DNA of 64,000 nucleotides from Fimbriosthenelais zetlandica (Eukaryota): NCBI GenBank assembly GCA_977030845.1, contig OZ365115.1, positions 2,418,001 to 2,482,000 of the forward strand, read 5' to 3'. Shown piece by piece: positions 1 to 10,140 of this stretch (position 1 is its first letter; each line of letters starts with the position of its first letter). The notes under the pieces were generated by a model. It saw only the letters and a program-made list of their open reading frames with translations, ran no database searches and was not told where the DNA came from. The position numbers and the translations under genes were made by a program.

Positions 1-851
1 TTGGGTAACGCAAGGAATGATTGTCCGGGGGAATATGTTGATGATTCGGTGTCTGTAAGGGGGGAAGACAGGAGGGCAATATTGAATGAGAGTGACAGAC
101 CGCCTACAGTCCACACCAATGATCCCCGCATCTCAGGGACCAGTCATTATACACCTCATGACGGGACGTAACCAGGGAGCATTCATTTCACACATGCTCC
201 CCTTTATGGGTTACCCGGTTATCACTAGCAGCAACACTCGCAAAATATTCTCTGCTTCAATGTGGCAGTTGTAGTTCAACTGTCGCAATGTCAAATACAA
301 GGACTGGTCACAAAAACAATCGCAAGACATTAAATCAGTGATGTTTACCCATTAAGGCTATTTAGAGGTACTAAGAATGAACCTGGACTGGTCTAGGGAG
401 AATTCATTATTCTAGTCAGAGTCATGAATAAGGCAGTTATCAGTCCAAGTATGTGCATGCTCCCTAAATCCACAAATAACCATTCCAATCGGTTCGATAG
501 ATACCGGGAGATAGGGTGTCATAGATTTAGGGTTTTACTAATGACAGAAATGTGGATAGAAGTAGGGCCAGATCCAGCGGGTTTTTCGAACTTTAAGACT
601 AAAGGCTTGTGACCAGCACTTTTTAAAATTTCAGGAGCTTTTTTTAATGAAAAGGACTCAAATTGTGGTTCCTTCCTCCCAGTTAGAGGTTATTATGGCC
701 GATGTAAAACCATCTGTTGACGTTGTATTTATAGAGGCATTGTGTCGGTGCCTTAAATTAGCGATTATAATGTTAGACCAAAATGCAGATTACATGTACA
801 TGTATGTCCTATAGGTATAAACATAGGGTGTATCGAAATAATAGGAATGTT

Positions 852-903
852 AAACTGGAACTCCACTAGTGTGATCTTGCTTGCAGCAGTGGAGTCTAGC
901 TTT
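852..903. mobile_element. Internally deleted remnant of MITE family A (both decayed TIRs)
   Basis: AAACTGGAACTCCACT ... GCAGCAGTGGAGTCTAGCTTTA matches the ends of the full copies at 28182 and 41104. Confidence 0.5.
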
Positions 904-1240
904 AATTTTAAAGATTCAGTGATATTTAAAGTAGGATGTACTTGAATTGAGTCTGAATTGTTGAAGTGGTCACTAAGTATTGTTTAAATTTGCACTTCAG
1001 GAAAATATACATGCAGTAATGTAACTAGCTATACTCTAGCGTACGCTATCCAGATTTTGTATCTAATTAGGAAATTATAAGTCAACATATCAGATTTATA
1101 AACACTGCTTAGAACTTGACACAAAATGATGTTTAAAGTTATGGATAAAAATAGGTCCATACAAGTTTTTACTAGGCCGGGTTTAGTTAGATTTTTAGGT
1201 GTACTGCATTTATTAAGGATTTTACCTTAAAAATTCCATT

Positions 1241-1465
1241 ATAAGGGCCGCGCGTCCATTATAAAAGCCGCGCGTCCAATCTAAGAGCCGCGCGTCCAAT
1301 CTAAGGGCCGCGCGTCCATTATAAGGGCCGCGCGTCCATTATAAGGGCCGCGCGTCCATTATAAGGGCCGCGCGTCCAATCTAAGGGCCGCGCGTCCAAT
1401 CTAAGGGCCGCGCGTCCATTATAAAAGCCGCGCGTCCAATCTAAGGGCCGCGCATCCATTATAAG
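1241..1465. repeat. 20-bp minisatellite, 11 copies (ATAAGGGCCGCGCGTCCATT and variants)
   Basis: Exact 20-bp period from 1241 to 1460. Confidence 0.95.
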
Positions 1466-1842
1466 AACTGATCATGTCTCAAGCTGTTCACCAAGTATAG
1501 AGTATTCTTTGGTATACGATTATAGGATTCACAACTCGCTGGTGTGTCAAAATACCATATGTCTATGCAGAATAACTTCCCCTCTGATTCGGGAACACCT
1601 CTAAAATTTATGGTGAAAAATGTAGTCCCAAGTTTAATGTACCACTGGTTAGGGAATACCGCCATATATTTAATGTACCTCTGGTTAGGGAATACCGCCA
1701 TATAGTTTTCTGTCCCCAAAGTGTTCATAATAACGAGGCATTCAATACATTAGGTACTTGGAGACATTAGCAGAGGGACATTTAACGTGGTCGCATTAAC
1801 TGGGGACCTTGCAATTTTTCGGATGTTCATATATTTAAAATA

Positions 1843-1915
1843 TTTCTCATTAGAATATTTCTCATTATAATATTTCTCATTATAATATTTCTCATTATAA
1901 TATTTCTCATTATAA
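1843..1915. repeat. 15-bp tandem repeat (ATATTTCTCATTATA), about 5 copies
   Basis: Direct inspection. Confidence 0.85.
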
Positions 1916-2364
1916 TCAACGAGTACCGTATTTCATTGTTATAATCTACATTTGAAATGGGCATATTTCTACATATAACTTGATATGTAACCAGGTTGAA
2001 GGATTTCTGAGTGTATACAAGTAGTGATCTTGATAAATGGATTTCGATCTTGAGATGAACTAATATACATGTAATAATTCTTATAATGATCGCTCAGTAA
2101 TAACAATGTGTACTTGACCAACTTTGTTGACTATTGCATTATCCAGGTAACTATGACAGCGTGAGAACCAGTAATGGTTATTGTCAAAGTTCTTTATTTC
2201 TTATTTCATATCATTACACTTCATTTTACTCTAATATATAATTGTTGCTTATATCGTGATTTACCGTGATTGGTAAAGCAATCCTGCATCTAAATAAAGG
2301 TGAAGGAATTCATGGGTAATTGCCCCTCTACTGAACTCTTGAAACTGGTTTGTTTTAAGGCACT

Positions 2365-3945
2365 TTAAGGCTTGGTAAGGCTTTGTATAATAGTTGACTT
2401 CTTCGTTTTGAGGCCCAAGAAGGAAACCACGCTGTTAGCTGAGCTATCATCTGAACTGTCAGTTGAACTGTCAGTTGAACTGTCAGCTGAACTTCCAGCA
2501 CTATCTGAACTCAGATCAAAGTATTTATTGTTACAATAGTCAGTATCGCAGCATGTTATTGCCCGATAAGCTCCCGATTGGACGTATGTTGTGTCTTCCA
2601 CACAATCCCCCTTGCAAGAACGAGTCACTCCCCAGATGAGTCCTGCCTTCAATAGTTCTGTCTGCAATTTTATAATAATTATAAGCCTACTTAATAAATA
2701 TTGACGTAGATCTGAGCGAGGCTTGATACCAGGTCGTATATTTTCCAGCAAGCCCGCGACTATTCCTGATACCAGGTCAAATACAGGCTCTGATATCAAG
2801 CGAGGTCTGTTCTGGATTTATTCTACCCCATCTATAAAATATCATAAAAAGTATGACAAATAACAATTATATTTCTGTTATGGTGGGAATGATAAGTCAT
2901 TAACCATCTCCAAATAGGGGTGAGAGCCCCCTCAATGGATCCACCCCACAGTGTGACATTGTGTAAATTTAAAATGGTAAATTTGAGCCCATTGGCATTG
3001 TACCTCATCATTGCTATGCTATGCATTCATATACCTATAGGGCCTACATATTATAGTTATCCGCATTGGTACAGTGTATAAGAAACTCATAGATTTAGGC
3101 TGGCCAAAATGCTATTTATTCATGGTACATTTAGTTTAGAACAGTTTTTTTGCAGTGATGGTTCGTTCCTATATTATTTGAGTAAATCATCACAATGAAC
3201 TTACCTCACACATGCCATCACAAGTCTCAGTGTCAGCCCCAGCTATAACAGTTGGATCTTCGTCGTTACAATTGTAATCTGTGACTGAGTTACAGTGGTA
3301 ACATTCCAGCGCCGAGACTGGAAGAGAATAATAGATATAGCTTGATTTAGCTAGTATAAAATATAGCATATAATTTACGCTAAATTATTTTCTCGGGAAT
3401 TGAGCCGCAAAGTATTTAACTGCAACTGACACCATTAGAACATATAACATTTTACTTCCTGGTTAACATAATGTATGTCATTCTCACTCAGGCGTCTCAT
3501 CCTGATCTTACCATCTCTCACCCCCACTCATCCTCACCCAGCACCTATAACATTGTCCCTCAATCCACCACTCACAATCCAAGCTTAGTTAATAATTACA
3601 CTATTAATCCTAGTGTAGTCATATAATTACACTTATACTAACAAATTCAATTCTAACAAACTTAATCCGCGCCGAGGAAAAACTAAACAGAGATAGGCAG
3701 AATACCCTGGACTAGCCACATACATTGTGCCCCGTGCATGACCGTTAAAACTCGCTGTATTCCTAAATTCCTAACTTTACCAACATTATAGAAATAAGAA
3801 GAACAAAACTAACCACTATTAACAAAATGATTTTGATAACAGCTTTTCCAACTTTATAGAAATAAGCAGAACAAAACTAACCACTCGAAGCGAAGATGGC
3901 CAGTAGAACCAGAACAAATCTGATGGAGATAGCACTCTTATACAT
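2365..3945 (-). CDS. Ly6/uPAR (three-finger, LU-domain) protein, copy A, 157 aa, 3 coding exons (3945-3882, 3317-3205, 2661-2365); lacks a hydrophobic C-terminal anchor
   Basis: Exon 1 encodes a signal peptide (MYKSAISIRFVLVLLAIFASS) and ends at a phase-1 GT donor (G|GTTAGT). Exon 2 (TTCCAG| ... GAG|GTAAGT) encodes VSALECYHCNSVTDYNCNDEDPTVIAGADTETCDGMCE. Exon 3 (TTGCAG|) encodes TELLKAG...RSCKGDC...ITCCDTDYCNN, then a Ser/Asp stalk and stop. Phases are compatible (64+113+297 = 474 nt). There are 10 Cys with the LECYxC start and CCxxDxCN end typical of LU domains, and a minus-strand AATAAA lies near 2184-2189. Confidence 0.9.
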
Positions 3946-4013
3946 CCTGAGAGTGTTTTTACTCTGGTCAAATAAAGGTAATCTAACGTAGGGTGGTAAG
4001 GTAGGAAGGTAAT

Positions 4014-4099
4014 TGGTGCACGTCCTCCTGCTAACTCTACTCCGCTACTAGTGACGTCACATACATCTCACACATACCCCCATCTCCCGGTCACATGAC
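4014..4099 (-). promoter_or_regulatory. Conserved upstream block of Ly6 copy A (paralogous block at about 6232-6330) with CRE and E-box (CATGTG) motifs
   Basis: CGTCCTCCTGCTAACTCTACTCCGCTACTAGTGACGTCACATACATCTCACACATA...GGTCACATGAC is near-identical upstream of both paralogues. Copy A has TGACGTCA and copy B has TGGCGTCA; copy B has a second TCATGTGAC. Confidence 0.5.
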
Positions 4100-4797
4100 A
4101 GTCACTGTGGAGTCCCAGCTTTAGTTTTAAAGATTCAGTGATATTTAAAGTTGGATGTACTTGGGTCTGAATTGTTGACGTGGTCACTAAGACACTCGAC
4201 ATGGTCACTTGAGATGAACTAATATACATGATCCATCTACTTATGGATGAGTCTGAAATAAAGTACATAATAATAATAATGATCGCTCAGTAATAGTATT
4301 TGACCAACTTTGTTGAATCTGTTGTATTATCAGGTAATTATGACAACATACGAACCAGTACTGTCAAAGTTCTTTATTTGTTATTTCATATTATTACATT
4401 TGTTCTAGTTTATTATAATTGTTGCTTCTGTCGTGACTTAAAATAAGCGTAGCAGATTATAATTATATGTCTTGTTTTTTTAGCATAGATTAAAATAATA
4501 AATTCACTACCGGGTAGTATTTTTTTCAAACTTTGATCGCTCAGGTTGACATAATGTTTTTGAGTTGAAAACGGTGTTATTCATAATATTTGTAGCAAAT
4601 TAAAACTGTGTTAGAATTAGTAATTCTCCATATAATGACTTAATGCCGCAGGTTTGATTTACCGCGATTGGAAAAACAATCCTGCATGGAAATAAAGGTG
4701 AAGGAATTCATGGGTAAATCGTTCTCTACTGAACTGTTGGTACTGCATGGTGGCGTGGCATTTTAAATCTCTGTAAGGCTTTTATAAGAGTTCACTT

Positions 4798-6176
4798 CTA
4801 CTTTTTGAGACCAAAGAAGAGAGCCGCGGCAGATAGGGCATAGACAGCCACACTGGAGGCCACGATGTTAGCTGAACTGTCAGCTGAATCGTCAGCTGAA
4901 CTGCTAGCACTATCTGAACTCAGGTCGAAGTATTCATCGTTGCAATTTTCATTCTCGCAGCATATATCCCACCCTCCTAGGATGTTTGTTGTTTCTTCAC
5001 AATCCTCGTCGCAAGCGCGAGTCACTTCCGAAATCAATCCAGCCTTATGGAGACTTGTCTGAAATATATAATAATATATATTAAAATATATATATAATAT
5101 ATTTATCTGTGTGTGATAACAATCTCAAAGCGCAGACTAGGATCATACAGTGGCATAGGCTGGGGACAGGGGACAGGATAAGGTGGTAGATGATGGGGAC
5201 AGGGAACAGTAAGAGCCTATTATGGGGGACAGGTTTGGATTGGATTGAATGGGGTTTAACGAGGTATCATGTCGCAGGCACATGACATGATAACTCACCC
5301 AGTCACATTATACTGACACCGGGTTGACCAGTCCTAGCACTGTCCTCTTTTTGCTGAGTGCCAAGCGAGGGAGCTACTAGTCCCATTTTTTCAGTCTTTG
5401 GTATGACCCGGCCGCGGTTCGAACCGGCGACCTTCCACACACGGGGCGGACACTCTAACCACTACACCACCGCGGGAGGGGAGGGGGCAGGGATGGTTGA
5501 TTCCACCGTGATTTGAGTAACTCATATACTCACCCTACATTTGCCTTCACACGTCTCGGTGGGGGAGAGTGATATTGAACCCTCTGTGTTACAAGTGTGG
5601 TCTGTCAGTGAATTACAGTCGTAGCATCTCAGGCCAGACACTGTAGGAGAATAATACATATAGTTGTTTACTGGTAAACGTTGTCGATGTATACATGTAC
5701 TGTATAGGAGCAATATAACAGCTCGTGTGTCATTTGCAGGTGTCATGAAATTAGCCGTTGAAGCCCGTTTCATAGCCAATATTAGTCATAGATTTATCAA
5801 CTGCATGATAATGGTCTTTTTGAAAAAGGCTTCCAGTCAAGGCCGTACACTGGGGATAATATTATGGCCCTCGCAGTTAGCCTATAATAATCATCTCCAT
5901 CTCCACCGTTTCCATAATATAATATAATTATAAATTGACACATTAATTAGATTATAGATACCGCTGCTTTGCTTCAGATCGATTATTATATCTTTTTTTT
6001 TACAAAAGCAAAGTAAAGGACAATCAGTTTTCCCGAGTATAGGCGGCTATTAACAAAATGATTTTGATAACAGCTTTACCAACTTTATAGAAATAAGCAG
6101 AACAAAACTAACCATTTGAAGCGAAGATGGCCAGCAGGACCAGAACAAAGCTGGTGTAAAGAACAATCTTGTTCAT
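4798..6176 (-). CDS. Ly6/uPAR (three-finger, LU-domain) protein, copy B, 143 aa, 3 coding exons (6176-6113, 5640-5534, 5058-4798); predicted GPI- or C-terminally anchored
   Basis: Exon 1 is MNKIVLYTSFVLVLLAIFASN (G|GTTAGT). Exon 2 (CTACAG| ... AGG|GTGAGT) is VSGLRCYDCNSLTDHTCNTEGSISLSPTETCEGKCR. Exon 3 (TTTCAG|) is TSLHKAG...RACDEDC...DICCENENCN, followed by a Ser/Asp stalk and the hydrophobic tail IVASSVAVYALSAAALFFGLKK*. Total 64+107+261 = 432 nt, 10 Cys, same intron positions and phases as copy A. Confidence 0.92.
5258..5474 (-). mobile_element. tRNA-headed SINE in Ly6-B intron 2 (MetaSINE-like core); truncated second copy at about 34603-34740
   Basis: The minus strand reads CGCGGTGGTGTAGTGGTTAGAG...GGTTCGAACC (A and B boxes), then GGGTCATACCAAAGACTGAAAAAATGG...GGTGTCAGTATAATGTGACTGGG. 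That core resembles the widespread invertebrate Meta-domain SINEs (family assignment from memory, not searched). Confidence 0.75.
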
Positions 6177-6629
6177 CCTGAAAGTGTATTTTTTCCTTTT
6201 GACAAATAAAGGGAAGATATAGGTAGAGTAATGGTACACGTCCTCCTGCTAGCTCTACTCCGCTACTAGTGGCGTCACATACATCTCACACATAGCGTCG
6301 TCTCCTGGTCACATGACTAGATCATGTGACAGGTGTGGCAGTGAAGGGGGAGGTGGCCAACACAGAAAAACCCACCAAGACATGCATGTCAAGTAACTGA
6401 TAACTAAATAACTCAATCAAAATAACGGTAGGCCGACTGTGATTGGTAGGAGGGCCAAACCTCCCCCGACCCTGACTATAATTATTGATTAATAAAATAT
6501 AATATAATTGTTCACTCTCATTCGACAACTTCCTCGTGCGATGAGTCACAGAAAATCCCGCTGTTGAAATAAATCACAGAAATGTAATAGCTTCATTGTT
6601 GTTATTGTCAGATTGTGGTACAAACATGT

Positions 6630-6733
6630 GCACTATGTAGTCTAGAGGTAAGACACTCGCCTGCAACGCCGGCGTACCGGGTTCGTTTCCCAGTCTAAGC
6701 CGCCGTTTTTTCTGCTCCATAGAGGTCGCTACG
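6630..6733 (+). other. tRNA-like Pol III unit (A box, B box, oligo-T), copy 1
   Basis: TAGTCTAGAGGTAAGACACTCGCCTGCAACGCCGGCGTACCGGGTTCGTTTCCC resembles tRNA-Gly/Asp/His and is followed by TTTTTTCTGCTCCAT. The acceptor stem is degenerate, so it is not called a tRNA gene. Confidence 0.6.
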
Positions 6734-6910
6734 TAATTTTCGCTGAGCCAGATTGAGGGGCGCTGAAGGGGTGTGGTATTGGCTGCAGGGAAGGAAGAGG
6801 ACAGGAAGATGAAACGCCGCAAAGATGCAATCCAGATATATGAATATATTTAAGCTTGGAAATATATTTAAGCTATATAATTATGTATATTGGAACCGAA
6901 TAAATAATTA

Positions 6911-7010
6911 TGTAGCGAACTATGGAGCAGAAAAAATGTCGGCTTATACTGGGAATCGAACCCTGGTCTCGGGCGTTGGAGGCCAGTGTCTTACCACTAG
7001 ACTACATGGA
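6911..7010 (-). other. tRNA-like Pol III unit, copy 2, pointing outward from the left arm of the foldback element
   Basis: The reverse complement reads TAGTCTAGTGGTAAGACACT...GGTTCGATTCCC...CATTTTTTCTGCTCCATAG, with a consensus B box. Confidence 0.6.
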
Positions 7011-7062
7011 TCACAGGAGAAAACTCCACACCCAATAGAAACAGTAAAGCTATTATGACTTC

Positions 7063-7990
7063 ATGCTTCATTGCGCAAGTGCCCGGATCAGGCGCTCGCA
7101 TACTTCCGCCTCTCACGACTGGAATCAAGCTAAACATGAAATAGAGGAGGGTGTCATTTTCCGTCGGACAAGGACGTGAACAATCTGTGTCACGACTCTG
7201 ATTTCGAAAATCTTTAATATCTCGGCAACCACTGGGTCTTTTAAAGAAATTCAAAATGGAAAATCTTAGTTGGGACAATATCTAGCGGGTGGTATAGGAA
7301 TCAAATGCTGAAACAGCTTAGAAAAATTTCGATTTTCAAAATGTTGCTAATTTCACAAGGTGTCCCGACTCCAGCCCCGTTTCCAATCCAAGGCTCCGAT
7401 CTCCGATCAAGCCAGCGCGACTGTAGCGCACCCGAGATATGATGTGGGAGAACGCTGAACTATGCTACTATAGCATTGAACTCTATGGAAGGACCAAGCC
7501 AGCGCGACTGTAGCGCCCCCGAGATATGATGTGGGAGAACGCTGAACTATGCTACTATAGCATTGAACTCTATGGAATGACCAAGCCAGGGCGACTGTAG
7601 CGCACCCGAGATATGATGTGGGAGAACGCTGAACTATGCTTATTTAGCTGAGATCAGAGCCTTGGATTGGAAACGGGGCTGCAGTCGGGACACCTTGTGA
7701 AATTGGATACATTTTGAAAATCGAATTTTTTAGAAGTAGTTTTAGCATTTATTTCCTATACCACCCTATAGACATTGTCCCAACTAAGATTTTGCATTTT
7801 GAATTTTTGTAAATGACCCAGTGGTTGCCGAGATATTAAAGATTTTCGAAATCAGAGTCGTGACACAGATTGTTCACGTCCTTGTCCGACGGAAAATGAC
7901 ACCCTCCTCTATTTCATGTTTAGCTTGATTCCCGTCGTGAGCGGCGGAAGTATGCGAGCGCCTGATCCGGGCACTTGCGCAATGAAGCAT
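7063..7990. mobile_element. Foldback-type element: about 340-bp inverted arms (7063-7400 / 7652-7990) around an 87-bp tandem repeat
   Basis: ATGCTTCATTGCGCAAGTGCCCGGATCAGGCGCTCGCATACTTCCGCC at 7063 is the reverse complement of the sequence ending at 7990. The arms align along their length with scattered mismatches. No transposase ORF. Confidence 0.85.
7408..7640. repeat. 87-bp tandem repeat, about 2.7 copies, core of the foldback element
   Basis: CAAGCCAG recurs at 7408, 7495 and 7582. Confidence 0.9.
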
Positions 7991-8045
7991 TGAGAAGCAT
8001 GAGACCTAGCTTGATCATACTTCATGTACCATTCTTCATCGTTCT

Positions 8046-8142
8046 GCCGTTAGTCTAGAGGTAAGACACTGACATTCAACGTGAGCGACCGGGGTTCAAT
8101 TCTCCATCGATTCATACATTTTTCTGCTCCATGGGTCGCTAG
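8046..8142 (+). other. tRNA-like Pol III unit, copy 3, pointing outward from the right arm
   Basis: GCCGTTAGTCTAGAGGTAAGACACT...GGGGTTCAATTCT...CATTTTTCTGCTCCATGG. Confidence 0.55.
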
Positions 8143-8299
8143 GCCTACACATTTGATGACTGTGAGCATTCTTCAGCGACCTCACCCAGCACCCCTAGCG
8201 CCACCTGTACCACCAGGCGGGAACCAAGCTATGTTTGCTGCTGCTAATTAAAAGATCCCCTCCCAAATGAACACTGCTCAGCTATATATGTGTACTTAT

Positions 8300-8386
8300 C
8301 TAGCAGCGAAAAGGGATTACAAGACATGGAATCGAACCCCGGTCTCTCACGTTACAGTCCAGTGTCTTACCTCTAGACTACCTGGC
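8300..8386 (-). other. tRNA-like unit, copy 4, followed by a third copy of the arm terminus (about 8418-8495)
   Basis: The reverse complement reads TAGTCTAGAGGTAAGACACT...GGGGTTCGATTCC. 8418-8460 (ATGCGGGCACCTGGCCCGGGCAGCTGCGCAATAAAGCAT) matches the right-arm end. Confidence 0.5.
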
Positions 8387-8504
8387 TCATATCTCTCGTC
8401 TTACACCCCGTCAAATATATGCGGGCACCTGGCCCGGGCAGCTGCGCAATAAAGCATAACACGATGAGACAAAATAGCTTTACAGTTTTTATTGAATCTG
8501 AGAA

Positions 8505-8576
8505 TTCAGCTAACAGCGTGGATTCGAACTCTGGACCTTTAGGTTTCAACTTCAACACTTTACCATGGGAGCTACC
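8505..8576 (-). mobile_element. Decayed tRNA-derived SINE head (different family)
   Basis: The reverse complement reads GGTAGCTCCCATGGTAAAG...AGAGTTCGAATCC (A- and B-box-like). Confidence 0.45.
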
Positions 8577-9062
8577 AATACTTATAAACACTGTTGGTTT
8601 TCCTCAAGTTTAAAATCAATTTTATTCATTCAAAAAATTATATCCCAACATAGTTCGACTCCCAACTAAGATTTGTCCGTTCCGTTCGTAATGTTAAGTC
8701 CAGTGGTTTTTGAGATATTAAGGAAATTAACAAAAATTCTTTTTTATCTAATTACTTACAAACGCTCGAGGCGCGCACAATTACGGCCAGTAGAGGAACT
8801 AAGTCCCATAGATTTATCATTGGCCTCTTCTTTGTTTCAAGATCTTAGATATATCCAAGCTTAGATATTCTGCGTTGCATCGGCTTCTATACAAGTGATC
8901 TGTACGGGTACTTTGCCCCTTTTCTGAATGTTTTGTTTGATGGAGTTAATTTTAGTTGCTGCAGCCACAGGTATAGTATACACCCTGCGCCTGCCCTCCC
9001 TGCTTCCTCGCTGGCCACAATGGTGGACATTCACATTACTGGAGCAGGTTGATAGCTGGGCG

Positions 9063-9360
9063 GGAGGAGTGAGAGGATGGTGGGAGATGGTCAGCTACCT
9101 GATGATCGCCAGGAGGAGTGAGAGGATGTTGGGAGATGGTCAGCTACCTGATGATCGCCAGGAGGAGTGGGGGGATGGTAGGAGATGGTCAGCTACCTGA
9201 TGATCGCCAGGAGGAGTGGGGGGATGGTGGGAGATGGTCAGCTACCTGATGATCGCCAGGAGGAGTGGGGGGATGGTGGGAGATGGTCAGCTACCTGATG
9301 ATCGCCAGGAGGAGTGGGGGATGGTAGGAGATGGTCAGCTACCTGATGATCGCCAGGAGG
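9063..9360. repeat. 49-bp minisatellite, 6 copies
   Basis: TCAGCTACCTGATGATCGCCAGGAGG recurs at 9091, 9140, 9189, 9238, 9287 and 9335. Confidence 0.95.
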
Positions 9361-9576
9361 TCCCTCTACGCGCAGCTGCCGTGAAAGACGTGGAACCATT
9401 ACCATGTCTTGAATACCGTACCAATCGAACCACCTGAAAATAATGGATGAAATTATAATAAATGAGGAGTTTCGACGTTCAATTCACGTATCACTTGTAG
9501 GTGTTATACATTACGCTGGGTGTTTAAAAGGCCAAACAAGTTGAAATAATGCAGGCGAGTCCCCTATTTTTTGTAG

Positions 9577-10140
9577 CGCGACTACCCCACCACCGGCAAA
9601 TCTGGGAACTAACAGTCAATGCTAAGTCAATGGAGCGTCGCTCTCAATTTTCAGACAACGTTTATAGATTTATGAAAACACCTACATGAACTAAAATTGA
9701 AATTCGTCGGTTGATTTTCATGAAAAATTCATTGCATGCAAAAGATTAAACCTGTATGCTAAAAAGAGAGAGAGACAGGAAGAGATAAGAAGCGGTGTTG
9801 TTGTGGGCGATAATAGGGGATTTGGCCGACGGGTCGGACCGAGCACCGTCCAGTGGCGCCCTCATAACCTATACGGCAAAGGAAGGAACTAAGGTCTAGT
9901 CTCTTTCAGATCCACCACCGCGACTACCCCACCACCGGCAAAACTGGGAACTAATGGTCAATGCTGGGGCGTCGCTTGGAAAGATAATACAGCGTTTGTG
10001 GATCTTAGAAAGCACCCAAAAGAGTCAGATTTGTATGAAGAATTTATCGCATCTAAAAACAGAGCTATGCTGCATGTAAACCTGTAAATGGCGAGAGACT
10101 GGAAGCAGTGTTGTGAGTGATAATAGGGGATTTGGCTTTA
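9577..10140. repeat. Diverged tandem duplication, about 340-bp period
   Basis: CGCGACTACCCCACCACCGGCAAA occurs at 9577 and 9919; GATAATAGGGGATTTGGC occurs near 9809 and 10119. Confidence 0.6.

Noticed and set aside
3782-3820. Duplicated copy of the Ly6-A exon 1 donor region as an alternative splice site
   Set aside because: It is 68 nt downstream of the real donor, so use would shift the frame. It looks like a local duplication with no evidence of function.
6630-8386. Functional tRNA genes
   Set aside because: Acceptor and anticodon stems do not pair consistently and the putative anticodon loops differ between copies. They are treated as tRNA-derived units.
8505-8521. 16-nt match (TCAGCTAACAGCGTGG) to Ly6-A exon 3, suggesting a third Ly6 fragment
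   Set aside because: No flanking homology; it lies at the end of a tRNA-derived SINE head and is probably chance.
8928-9437. ORFs with repeated GDGQLPDDRQEEW
   Set aside because: They come from a 49-bp minisatellite whose unit is not a multiple of 3.
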